Assembly: GCA_964600985.1 (NCBI GenBank)
Contig: CAZRJR010000001.1
Location: 335,431 to 399,430, forward strand
Reading direction: 5' to 3'
DNA: 64,000 nucleotides
From: an uncultured Candidatus Saccharibacteria bacterium
Lineage (GTDB): Bacteria; Patescibacteriota; Saccharimonadia; CAILAD01; JADZBC01
Shown: one piece after another, positions 48,127-56,547 of the stretch
Layout: each line of letters starts with the position of its first letter
Position numbering within the stretch: position 1 is the stretch's first letter
Translations under genes and position numbers: made by a program
Notes under the pieces: model-generated
Databases searched by the model: none
Seen by the model: only the letters and a program-made list of their open reading frames with translations
What the model was told of the DNA's origin: nothing

Positions 48127-49245
48127 TTATGGGAAATGGAGAAATACCACGCTACTAGCAGATATATCGCTTTCGGAGTAACGACCATCATTTGCCGCAT
48201 TGTATTGGCTCACATGCACAGTGCCGTTACCGTTAACACGCTCTACATACATAGCATGCCCATATGGACCGGCATTTGAGATAGCTACATCGCCAACCCT
48301 CGGGTTCCCGTCTACCGGAATTCCGGCAGCCCGAGCATTTTCATCCCACTGGTTTGCGTTACCACGACCGCCCCAGTACGGCATATTACGGCCAGAATTT
48401 GCCACCTTCCAAGCGGTGTAAGACACACATTGGCGCTGATACATACCCCAGGGGTCAGGTATTGAGTTGGGGAACGGCGCATTAGCATAGGGGTAGCCAC
48501 CGCTGCCACCATACGTTACGTTTGACGATATTGCGGCAACTGCTGCGGCTTGCTGTCGTTTTAGCTCGGCAATTTTCTTACTGTCCTCGGCCGCAACTGC
48601 GCGGTAGTTAGCCTCTTCGCCCTGGGTGCGAGCAAGCAAGCTCGCCTGCTCTGCGCGCTGTGCAGCTATTTCGTTATATGTTGCCTTTTGCTGATCTGCT
48701 AAAGCATTAAGCTGAATCTGCTTTTGGCTAAGTTCCTCTTTAAGCTGTTCGATCTTCTTTAGATTAGCATTAATTTTGTTTTTAATAGCACTTAGGTACT
48801 GACTCTGGGCCACAAAATCGCTTAGATTCTTACTTGATGCCACGAGTTCCAACGGAGAAACTTCTCCCTGCTTGTAAACCAAGCGTAGGTTATCCTTCAA
48901 GATGCCCTTCTGGCGGTCCAAATCCCTATTAGCTTTATCGATCTCTGCCTGGGTATTGCTTATTTGCAAGCTCGTAAGGTTTAAAGCAACTTGGGCTGCG
49001 TAAATATTTGCGTCAATACTGGCAAGCTTTGATTTGAGTGAATTTGCTTCGGCAGCTTTTTGAGCGGCGGCGTTTTGTGTTTCCTGAACTTTGGCCCTTA
49101 GGGCAGCAATCTGGGCATCAAACTGGTCGGCCTGCGCAGTGCGAGGCAATACGAACAGACCCAGCATAAGCACTGCGGGCAGAACTATTGCGGTAGTGAT
49201 TTGTATTTTGGTTTTTGCAGTTTTTACTCTGCTTAATACGTTCAA
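48127..49245 (-). CDS. coiled-coil + CHAP domain peptidoglycan hydrolase (PcsB/CwlO-like FtsEX partner)
   Basis: Signal peptide, long coiled coil, QCVSY..W...GNA.QW...YGHAMYVE...SQYN; downstream of ftsEX. Confidence 0.88.
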   Translation of the reverse strand: MNVLSRVKTAKTKIQITTAIVLPAVLMLGLFVLPRTAQADQFDAQIAALRAKVQETQNAAAQKAAEANSLKSKLASIDANIYAAQVALNLTSLQISNTQAEIDKANRDLDRQKGILKDNLRLVYKQGEVSPLELVASSKNLSDFVAQSQYLSAIKNKINANLKKIEQLKEELSQKQIQLNALADQQKATYNEIAAQRAEQASLLARTQGEEANYRAVAAEDSKKIAELKRQQAAAVAAISSNVTYGGSGGYPYANAPFPNSIPDPWGMYQRQCVSYTAWKVANSGRNMPYWGGRGNANQWDENARAAGIPVDGNPRVGDVAISNAGPYGHAMYVERVNGNGTVHVSQYNAANDGRYSESDISASSVVFLHFP

Positions 49246-49319
49246 AAAGCACCCTCCTAAAGTATTTTTCTTGCACTAATTATAGCATAATTCGGCAATA
49301 GCAAGTAGTAAGTTAGACT

Positions 49320-50237
49320 TTATTTCAGTCTTAAGTATCGAGAGATCGCGAACCAACTACTTATAGCGCCGATCATTATGCCGAGGCCATAAGTAGCCAG
49401 CACCGCAATGCCGAAGTGACTGGTAAAGTAATCTATCGCCGCGCCAGCATTGAGTCGCTGAGTAATAAACGGTCCCACTGCGCGTGAGATAGGTATAAGC
49501 AGCAAGAGCGCCACGGTTCCACCAAATACACCATACAATGATCCCTCGACAATAAACGGCCCGCGAATAAACCAGTTGGTTGCACCCACTAAGCGCATAA
49601 TTTCGATCTCTTCTCGACGGGTAAAGATCGCCATTCGAATGGTATTAAAGATTACTAAGAGGGCAATAATCAAGAACAGCACGCTTACCACTGCCCCAAC
49701 TTTGGCCACACCATTGCTAATGTTTATGATGTTCTCTACAATGCCTTGGCGGTTCTGATCGTTCTTGTCCAAGCTCGACTCAGTAACTATTTTGTCTTCG
49801 TCCAACTTCTTAAGTGCTACGTTGGTAGCCTTGATGGCGTCTAAGTTCTTTACCTTCACCTCAAAAGATGCTGGAAGTGGATTACCAATTTCCTTGGCCG
49901 ACTCAGCTAGCTTCTGGCCGTCGCTGCTGCTAGAAGCTAAGCGCTTCAGGGCGTCATCCTTACTCACATATTCTACCGACTTTACCTCTGGATGGGCGAT
50001 TAGGCGTGCCTGGAGGGCCTTAATATTATCCTGAGTAGCGTCGTCTGATATAAACAAACTTAAGTCAATCTTGCTCTTTACCTCGGCAAGCTGATTACGC
50101 ACGAATATCGCCGAGAATCCAAAGAAGGTAACCACCAACAAGGTAACTACCATAATCGCTGTAGCCGCGGTGCTAAGCCAGGCGTTACGGAAAATGTTAC
50201 GAAAGCCGGTTTTAAAGATACGCCAAAGTGTAATCAT
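49320..50237 (-). CDS. ftsX: cell division permease FtsX
   Basis: NPLPAS, NTIRMAIFTRREEIEIMRLVGAT.WFIRGPF..EG. Confidence 0.93.
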   Translation of the reverse strand: MITLWRIFKTGFRNIFRNAWLSTAATAIMVVTLLVVTFFGFSAIFVRNQLAEVKSKIDLSLFISDDATQDNIKALQARLIAHPEVKSVEYVSKDDALKRLASSSSDGQKLAESAKEIGNPLPASFEVKVKNLDAIKATNVALKKLDEDKIVTESSLDKNDQNRQGIVENIINISNGVAKVGAVVSVLFLIIALLVIFNTIRMAIFTRREEIEIMRLVGATNWFIRGPFIVEGSLYGVFGGTVALLLLIPISRAVGPFITQRLNAGAAIDYFTSHFGIAVLATYGLGIMIGAISSWFAISRYLRLK

Positions 50238-50290
50238 GCCATTACCCCAACCATTGACAGATAAGATTGCGAATCGCTACTAGGCATTAT

Positions 50291-50392
50291 CTTATACTTG
50301 TAGTACGAGGCAGTTGCGAGCAGCGCAGCAAGCTGTACATGCGCGTACAGCGCGCGAGCAGCGCAGCAACTAACAAAGTAATACTGTATAAG
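50291..50392. repeat. intergenic palindromic element
   Basis: Outer cttatac...gtataag inverted ends, two gcgagcagcgcagcaa direct copies, central gctgtac-atgcgc-gtacagc hairpin. Confidence 0.65.
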
Positions 50393-50403
50393 TTGGTGCC
50401 GTC

Positions 50404-51084
50404 TCATACTACGTACCGTCCAACCTTCTCGTCTTTTACCACTCTACCTCGGTTAATGGTGATCACGCGTTTTTTAAGTGCGTTTACGATTTCTTTATTA
50501 TGTGTAGTTAGAAGCACGGTAGTACCAAACTTATTAATCTTTAGCAAAAGCTCAATGATATCCCAGGAGTTCTTGGGGTCAAGATTGCCAGTTGGCTCGT
50601 CGGCAATCAAGATCTTGGGGTTGCGTACCAAAGCGCGAGCAATTGCTGTACGCTGCTTTTCTCCACCAGATATCTCGCTTGGGTAGTCGCCGGCTTTTTC
50701 ACTCAAACCCACCAGTTGTAGAATCTTCGGCACGGCGCGTTTGATCTCGCGCGTTTTCACCCCTGATACCTCGAGTGCAAAGGCTACATTCTCGTATACC
50801 GTTAAGTTCGGTAGCAGTTTAAAGTCCTGAAACACCACCCCGATGCGACGGCGCAAGTGCGGGATGTTGGACTTATCGATTGTGTCGTAATCCACGCTAC
50901 CTACCACGATTTTGCCGGACGTAGGAACTTCTTCTTTTATAAGCAACCGTATGAGTGTAGATTTGCCCGCCCCGCTCGAGCCCACAATGGTCACGAACTC
51001 TTTCGGGGCAATATGAAGAGAGATCCCAGAAAGGGCAACGGTTTTATTTGGGTACATTACTGAGACTCGATCGAGCAAAATCAT
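50404..51084 (-). CDS. ftsE: cell division ATP-binding protein FtsE
   Basis: GSSGAGKST, VVFQDFKLL, SGGEKQR, ADEPTGNLD. Confidence 0.93.
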   Translation of the reverse strand: MILLDRVSVMYPNKTVALSGISLHIAPKEFVTIVGSSGAGKSTLIRLLIKEEVPTSGKIVVGSVDYDTIDKSNIPHLRRRIGVVFQDFKLLPNLTVYENVAFALEVSGVKTREIKRAVPKILQLVGLSEKAGDYPSEISGGEKQRTAIARALVRNPKILIADEPTGNLDPKNSWDIIELLLKINKFGTTVLLTTHNKEIVNALKKRVITINRGRVVKDEKVGRYVV

Positions 51085-51143
51085 ATATGTGTATTGTAGC
51101 CTAAAAAGGCTTATGAATAAAGATTAAGAGCAGCCCTACTTGG

Positions 51144-52229
51144 CTACTTCCCTTCTACTAGATGGCTCAAGTAAGCTTCGATAAACGGCTCTATCTCCCC
51201 CGCAAGCACACCGTTCACGTCACTGGTTTCATAGTCGGTGCGGTGGTCTTTTACCTTCGTATACGGCTGCAATACGTAGGAGCGGATTTGAGCACCCCAG
51301 TCTGCACTCTTTACCTTGCCCCGAATCTGCGCAATGTCTTCAAGCTGCTGAGAGCGTGCTACTTCGCTGAGTCTTGAGGCCAAGATACTCATGGCCTTCT
51401 CCTTGTTTTTAAGCTGAGAGCGCTCGTTTTGAATACTCACCACAATCCCAGTTGGCAAATGAGTAATGCGCACTGCACTATCAGTGGTATTCACACTCTG
51501 ACCGCCATGACCACCCGAGCGATACACGTCTATACGCAAGTCATCGGGGCTTATGTGGACCTTCTCGACCGGGATCTCCGGAATAACATCTACCAATGCA
51601 AACGAAGTCTGACGTAAGTTTTGGGCATTGAATGGGCTTAAGCGCACCAGCCGGTGCACGCCTTTTTCGCACTTAAGTTTGCCATAAGCAAAGCGACCAT
51701 TTACTTCCAGTGTAGCGCTCTTTATGCCCGCTTCTTCACCATACGACACATCTACTAACTCGGTTTTCCAGCCGGACTTCTCGCAATAGCGGGTGTACAT
51801 CTTAAGCAGCATCTCGGCCCAATCCTGCGCATCGGTGCCACCTACACCAGCAGAAATCTGTACCACTGCTGGGCCAGCGTCAAACTCGCCACTTAGCTTA
51901 AGTTCTACCATGAGGTTATCAAACCGCTCATTGAGTCTTTGATGTTGCGAGCTAAACTCTGCCTCCTGAGTCTCGTCACTAAGCTCGGCTAGTTCGAGCG
52001 TGGTAGATATATCTGCCTCGAGCTCACGCCAACTAGCAATGTGCTTTCGCATGCTGGCAGCTTCAGCGCTGATTTGTTCGGCCTCGGCAGGAGCGCCCCA
52101 GAAACTGGGCTCGGCCATGCGTTCCTCAAGTACTGTCAACTCGCGCTCCGAAGCGTCCACGCCTATTTGGCTCATGGCCTGCCGGAGTGACTCAAGCATA
52201 TCAGAGAGGGATTCGATAATCTGTTTCAT
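51144..52229 (-). CDS. prfB: peptide chain release factor 2
   Basis: SPF tripeptide and GGQ motif; continuous ORF. Confidence 0.95.
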   Translation of the reverse strand: MKQIIESLSDMLESLRQAMSQIGVDASERELTVLEERMAEPSFWGAPAEAEQISAEAASMRKHIASWRELEADISTTLELAELSDETQEAEFSSQHQRLNERFDNLMVELKLSGEFDAGPAVVQISAGVGGTDAQDWAEMLLKMYTRYCEKSGWKTELVDVSYGEEAGIKSATLEVNGRFAYGKLKCEKGVHRLVRLSPFNAQNLRQTSFALVDVIPEIPVEKVHISPDDLRIDVYRSGGHGGQSVNTTDSAVRITHLPTGIVVSIQNERSQLKNKEKAMSILASRLSEVARSQQLEDIAQIRGKVKSADWGAQIRSYVLQPYTKVKDHRTDYETSDVNGVLAGEIEPFIEAYLSHLVEGK

Positions 52230-52285
52230 AGTTTCATTTTACCCTGAATAGGTCCATTTAACCAAAAGGGCAATTGCGCGGAATA

Positions 52286-52326
52286 ACTAAAAAGACCCTT
52301 CGGAATCAACCTTGGGTCTTTTTAGT
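52286..52326 (-). terminator. intrinsic terminator (bidirectional-type)
   Basis: actaaaaagaccc...gggtctttttagt. Confidence 0.7.
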
Positions 52327-52360
52327 GTAGAAGCTGGCTTTGCCAGAGGCTAAGGCTAGC

Positions 52361-53494
52361 TTACTTTCGAACGTCGCGCAATGCGGCTTTTACACCCTTC
52401 TTACTCTTAAGGTAAGAACTTACTGCGTAACTCATACCACCCATACCGGCTAGGCCTGCAACAGGTAACTCGGCACCAGTCTCCGGCAACGTAGTTGGCG
52501 GAGTTACTGGAGGAGTTACTGGTGTGTCTTTACAAACCTTGGTCAGGGCAACGTTGTAAAACTCATTCATGCCTTCGGGGCGAACCACGCCGACATTCTT
52601 GAAGTCTGTACATCCTGGGTTAAGGTTTGAGTCAACCTTAACTTGGAACAATACGTAAGCCACTGAGCCTGGAGCATAATCACCGATGTCGATGCCGCCC
52701 TTGGTAACATTATCGCTCTTAATAGCTACACCGTTGGGATTAAGCATATTCTTAAGCTTCGTGCTACCGTTCACATATGTCATGTGAGGTGGGAGGTTAT
52801 CGCCTACGATAACGTGCTTGAGAGTAGTGTTACCTGTGTTTTTCACAGTTATCATGTACTCTAGCGTATCACCAGGGTTCGCAACATTGCTCGTAGTCCA
52901 GGCGGTTTCACCTGCTTTACGAACTTGTTTTACGATACTTACTGAGTTAGCCTTTACACGCGCTAGAACGGTTACAGTTGCTTCGAAGTTGAAGCATGGC
53001 TTCTCATTCTCTAGAACTTTACCGCCCGCACCTACAACGGAGTCATCGATATTCTCGGTAACCCAGTTTGGCTGCTCATTCGTACCCTTGTTGTGGCGCC
53101 ACTTGGCGCTACCAGGAATGTACTCTAGTCGAGCCTGATCAAGCGAAAGGTTTACATTAGCCGTATCAACTACAGTATTGCTGTTGTCAGCAGATACAGT
53201 AGATGTTACTACTTGGCTTTTGCCAGGGTTAGTTGGCAAAGCAATTTTTACTTTGAGGTTTTGGGCAATTTTGCCAGAATCTGGGTTTTCTTTGTTGTGG
53301 TACCAAACTTGTACCTTTACAACTTCATCAACTTTAGCGTTGACACTATCGGCATACTGAGTATCACCAGCAGTAACGTTTGCTACTTGCACAGTACTCT
53401 CAATACGCACATTCTCTACTGCGCTAGCCTGAAATGGCATTGCCAATATGGCAAGTGACAAAAGGCCGGCAGTGAATTTACGAAGTGCATTCAT
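52361..53494 (-). CDS. secreted DUF11/Ig-like surface protein with LPETG sortase signal
   Basis: Signal peptide (..QASA|VE), PGDTLEY.ITVKNTG...V.V.D.LP repeat, LPETG + hydrophobic stretch + basic tail. AAGGAG RBS. Confidence 0.8.
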   Translation of the reverse strand: MNALRKFTAGLLSLAILAMPFQASAVENVRIESTVQVANVTAGDTQYADSVNAKVDEVVKVQVWYHNKENPDSGKIAQNLKVKIALPTNPGKSQVVTSTVSADNSNTVVDTANVNLSLDQARLEYIPGSAKWRHNKGTNEQPNWVTENIDDSVVGAGGKVLENEKPCFNFEATVTVLARVKANSVSIVKQVRKAGETAWTTSNVANPGDTLEYMITVKNTGNTTLKHVIVGDNLPPHMTYVNGSTKLKNMLNPNGVAIKSDNVTKGGIDIGDYAPGSVAYVLFQVKVDSNLNPGCTDFKNVGVVRPEGMNEFYNVALTKVCKDTPVTPPVTPPTTLPETGAELPVAGLAGMGGMSYAVSSYLKSKKGVKAALRDVRK

Positions 53495-53724
53495 GCATTT
53501 TCTCCTTATACTTGGTTACGAACTATAAGACACAGCTGTAAGCCTTGCTCGAAGTATGGGGTATGAGTTGTCAACGAACGATTACTCAATGATATTATCA
53601 TAATATGGCGCTTGTGTCAATACTTTTTTGCTTATGTTTTTACCTGTTATGGTAACCCTTATTGTAATCCTTACCTGCCGGGAATATTTACTGTTACACC
53701 ATGTTTTTTACTTTTCATAAAGTG

Positions 53725-53746
53725 AAAGCCCCACTTACGTGGGGCT
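53725..53746 (-). terminator. intrinsic terminator
   Basis: agccccac-ttac-gtggggct with a T-rich run on the minus strand. Confidence 0.65.
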
Positions 53747-53804
53747 CGAGACTATGGTGTGTTGATCGCTCATGTCTCACGTGAGCGCACTTGGCCGAGA
53801 CTGA

Positions 53805-54917
53805 CTACCAGCCCCCAGGGTCCCCAGCTGGCACGGTGGCGTCGGGGTTGGGGTTGGCGTCGTGATCCGGGTTGCCGGTACCAGCACTACCGCCGGATCC
53901 GCCGTTGGATCCGCTGCCGGAACCGCTGGGCGAACTCCCTCCACCTCCACCGCTGTCGGTGCCGTTGGGCGTCGGGTTGTCCCCGTTGCCATGTTGGCCC
54001 GCATCGGTGTTCTCCGCATCACCCGGGTTGTAGCCCGGAGTGTGGGCAACCTGGCCAGGATCGTTGTCCTGGGGGTTCTGCTGCTCCGGACCCGAGTTGT
54101 TCGTTCCACAGATGGAACGACCGTCGGTGCACTTCGGCCTCGTGGTGGGAGGCGGAGGTGGCGGCGGAGTGCAGTTGTGCCGGCAGCCAGGAGGGCTCGT
54201 GGGTGGCACCGAAGGCGGTGGCGTACCCGGAGGCCGCGTACCCGTGCCCGGAGGCGGCGGAGTGGTGACCGGAGGCTTCGGCGGCTTCTGCCCGGGGGGC
54301 AGAGTGCCGCGCGGAGGACCGGCGGGGTAACCCCGCAGGATCCGCGCCACCGGCTGCCACAAGCACTTCACCTTCCAGACGAACACGCGGTTACCCGCGG
54401 TCTTCTGGACCAGGACGGTCTCATGCACCATGCTCTTGCTGAGCTTGTAGGCATGCCATCCATCCTGGGTCGCCGCCGCGAACAGCGTCTCGTACTGCCC
54501 AGACCAGTTGGTGTCCACCGTGAACGTCGACGCGTCGACGACCTGGTTGACACGCTGGCTGGCAGCCGTGAGAGCACCCATGTCGCTGGCCAAGTACTGC
54601 TGGCGAGCGAACCGGGCTGCCTCGTCGGGCAACGGCTCGAGCCCCCACTGCATCTCACGAACGGAGATCTGGAAGGGATCACAGGCCGCGCTCTGCTTGA
54701 ACGCAGACGCCATGTCCTCGGCGGACAGCTGCATGTTGCCGCTGCCATCACCGAAGAAGTGGCTGCCTGCCGGGGCGCTCTCGGGAGAGAACACCGCCTG
54801 CTGGCACCCCGTTGACCTGGGGTTGTTGTCCACGACTGCGTTGCACCCAGCGGGGATTGCCAGGAGCAACAGCAGAAGCACTGGTACTGCAAGGAGAAGT
54901 CGCCTGTTTCGGCTCAT
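53805..54917 (-). CDS. exported/lipoprotein-like protein with Pro-rich and Gly/Asn/Asp-rich C-terminus (GC-rich)
   Basis: GAAAGGAG RBS before ATG 54917. MSRNRR + hydrophobic core + AG|C (imperfect lipobox). Confidence 0.7.
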   Translation of the reverse strand: MSRNRRLLLAVPVLLLLLLAIPAGCNAVVDNNPRSTGCQQAVFSPESAPAGSHFFGDGSGNMQLSAEDMASAFKQSAACDPFQISVREMQWGLEPLPDEAARFARQQYLASDMGALTAASQRVNQVVDASTFTVDTNWSGQYETLFAAATQDGWHAYKLSKSMVHETVLVQKTAGNRVFVWKVKCLWQPVARILRGYPAGPPRGTLPPGQKPPKPPVTTPPPPGTGTRPPGTPPPSVPPTSPPGCRHNCTPPPPPPPTTRPKCTDGRSICGTNNSGPEQQNPQDNDPGQVAHTPGYNPGDAENTDAGQHGNGDNPTPNGTDSGGGGGSSPSGSGSGSNGGSGGSAGTGNPDHDANPNPDATVPAGDPGGW

Positions 54918-55070
54918 CTCGACTCCTTTCGGGAGTGTAGAGGCCGCATTGGGCCGGGACTGGATTTGGGGTACTAACTGCTTCGAAGCGAACTTCGGAG
55001 CAGAATGGTATCTCAAAGTGTCTCGAGGCGAGGGGAAGAGCCGAAGCTCTTCCCCTCCTCCTCGGTTGCC

Positions 55071-55787
55071 TCAGGGGTTGGCCTGGGGCGTCGCCGCGGG
55101 CGGGGGCGGCGGGGGCGCAGGGTGCTGCTGGACGTGGACAGCGGGGATCTGCTCGGTGGCCGCGACGGGGTTGGCCTGCCGGACCACCGGATCGGGCTGC
55201 GGTTGGGCAGCGCCGTTGCCATCCCCAGCCGGCGGAGCCGGAGGGTCGTCCAGGCGCCGGATGTGGCTGGTGATCGCCAGGACGATGACGATGAGCACGA
55301 CGTCGGCCAGGATCGCCACGCCCAGGTTGCCGATGGTCAGCGCCACGTTCATCGAGCTCAGGTAGAACAGGGTGAGCCCGATGATGATCGCGACACACGC
55401 TCCGTCGATCGCCCAGGAGAACCAGCCGTTGTAGCCCTGGATGTACGTCCGGATACGACCAACCTCATCCTCGAGGTGAGCAGCACGGTCGTTCAGCTGA
55501 CCGATGTGACGAGCGGTGTTCCCGTTCATCTCCATCTGGAACTCGCCGAAAGCGTTGACCCCATCGGCCCAGCGGTCAGCAGCGTTGAGCCGCTGCTGGT
55601 GCTGACCGAGTCGGCGCTCGTGATCGTTGGCGACAGCGATGACATCGTTGGCGAGCCCAACGCGAGGATCTCGCCCATCATGGCCGTAGCGGCGGATGAG
55701 TTCAGCTTCGAACTCGACGTCCGGGTCGAACGGCATGAGCCCTGCCGGAGGGGCTGCAGGCGGTGCCTGCGGGGGTACGTCACTCAT
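55071..55787 (-). CDS. coiled-coil, two-TM, Pro-rich membrane protein (GC-rich)
   Basis: AAGGAGAG RBS before ATG 55787; helical region, two TMs, Pro-rich tail. Confidence 0.7.
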   Translation of the reverse strand: MSDVPPQAPPAAPPAGLMPFDPDVEFEAELIRRYGHDGRDPRVGLANDVIAVANDHERRLGQHQQRLNAADRWADGVNAFGEFQMEMNGNTARHIGQLNDRAAHLEDEVGRIRTYIQGYNGWFSWAIDGACVAIIIGLTLFYLSSMNVALTIGNLGVAILADVVLIVIVLAITSHIRRLDDPPAPPAGDGNGAAQPQPDPVVRQANPVAATEQIPAVHVQQHPAPPPPPPAATPQANP

Positions 55788-55799
55788 TGCACTCTCCTT

Positions 55800-56105
55800 G
55801 CCCTGTAGGGCGGGTATGTGGCCCCAGACGGGGCGGTACACTACAGCGCTAGGAATCCCCTAGTTTGTCTGTAGCTCCACCTCGATGTCTGGGGTGGAAG
55901 CCTGCATACGATCAACCTGGGCGGCAGATGTCACGCATGCAGAGTTCCACCTCAGAAGCCACTGAGTAGAGCTACAAAACAAAAAAGCAGGCTTTGAGCC
56001 AGCTGGGGTGTAATTATAACTGATTACCGCCCGAACTAACTTTTACCCTCCTGCTTCAAAGATATGAATCTTTAAGTTGCAAGTTGTATTCGCAATGAAA
56101 CAACT
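55800..56105 (-). ncRNA. candidate structured 5' leader or ncRNA
   Basis: About 120-nt rod hairpin at 55864-55983; stem aagcagg/cctgctt (56056-56050 with 55991-55985) plus U-tract; more hairpins before the RBS. Confidence 0.45.
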
Positions 56106-56114
56106 ACAACGTAG

Positions 56115-56143
56115 ATACTACTATATATTGAACAGTTTGTCAA
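56115..56143 (-). promoter_or_regulatory. sigma70-type promoter
   Basis: Minus strand reads TTGACA-17 bp-TAGTAT. The 17 nt ATAAGACTATTGACAAA is identical to 1305-1321. Confidence 0.65.
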
Positions 56144-56180
56144 TAGTCTTATTAACGGTCTACTTAATTATGAAGATGAC

Positions 56181-56528
56181 TTAGTTCTCTGCCCTAAGGC
56201 GATCCACCTCGGCGAGTACGGCATCTTTATTGTTAACCAATTCATCTAGTGTATCCTGAGCAATCTTAGCCACCATTTGATCGTAATCGGGAATGTGTTG
56301 CTTTATAAGCTCTAGTGCCTGATCTGGTGTGCCGTTATCCACTAAATTATCGAGCTGACTATTGACTTCATCACTAAGCTTCTCGGTAACTGCCAGCGCT
56401 ACGCGGGCTTCTACTAGTTGATCGAGCTGTTGTGCCAACTCACTCTTTTGGTCGTCCGAGAGGTTTTGAAGTGATAATCGGGTAAACATGTCTGCTTGTT
56501 GTTGGCTTTGGGTTGATGCGCTGTCCAT
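56181..56528 (-). CDS. small acidic helical protein (DUF5663-like, CPR-typical)
   Basis: L..LS...K......L...V..RV......LSDE.....L..L...........IPDY..MV pattern. Confidence 0.65.
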   Translation of the reverse strand: MDSASTQSQQQADMFTRLSLQNLSDDQKSELAQQLDQLVEARVALAVTEKLSDEVNSQLDNLVDNGTPDQALELIKQHIPDYDQMVAKIAQDTLDELVNNKDAVLAEVDRLRAEN

Positions 56529-56547
56529 TGGTTGGGCTCCTTTACTA

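Noticed and set aside
51144-52229. Programmed +1 frameshift in prfB
   Set aside because: The ORF is continuous from a leaderless ATG with no CTT-TGA shift site; frameshift-free prfB is common.
53759-55808. Many long overlapping ORFs (e.g. 53862..54815+, 54508..55365+, 55005..55808+)
   Set aside because: Expected stop-poor shadow frames in very GC-rich DNA. Only the two minus-strand ORFs have an RBS, promoter and terminator.
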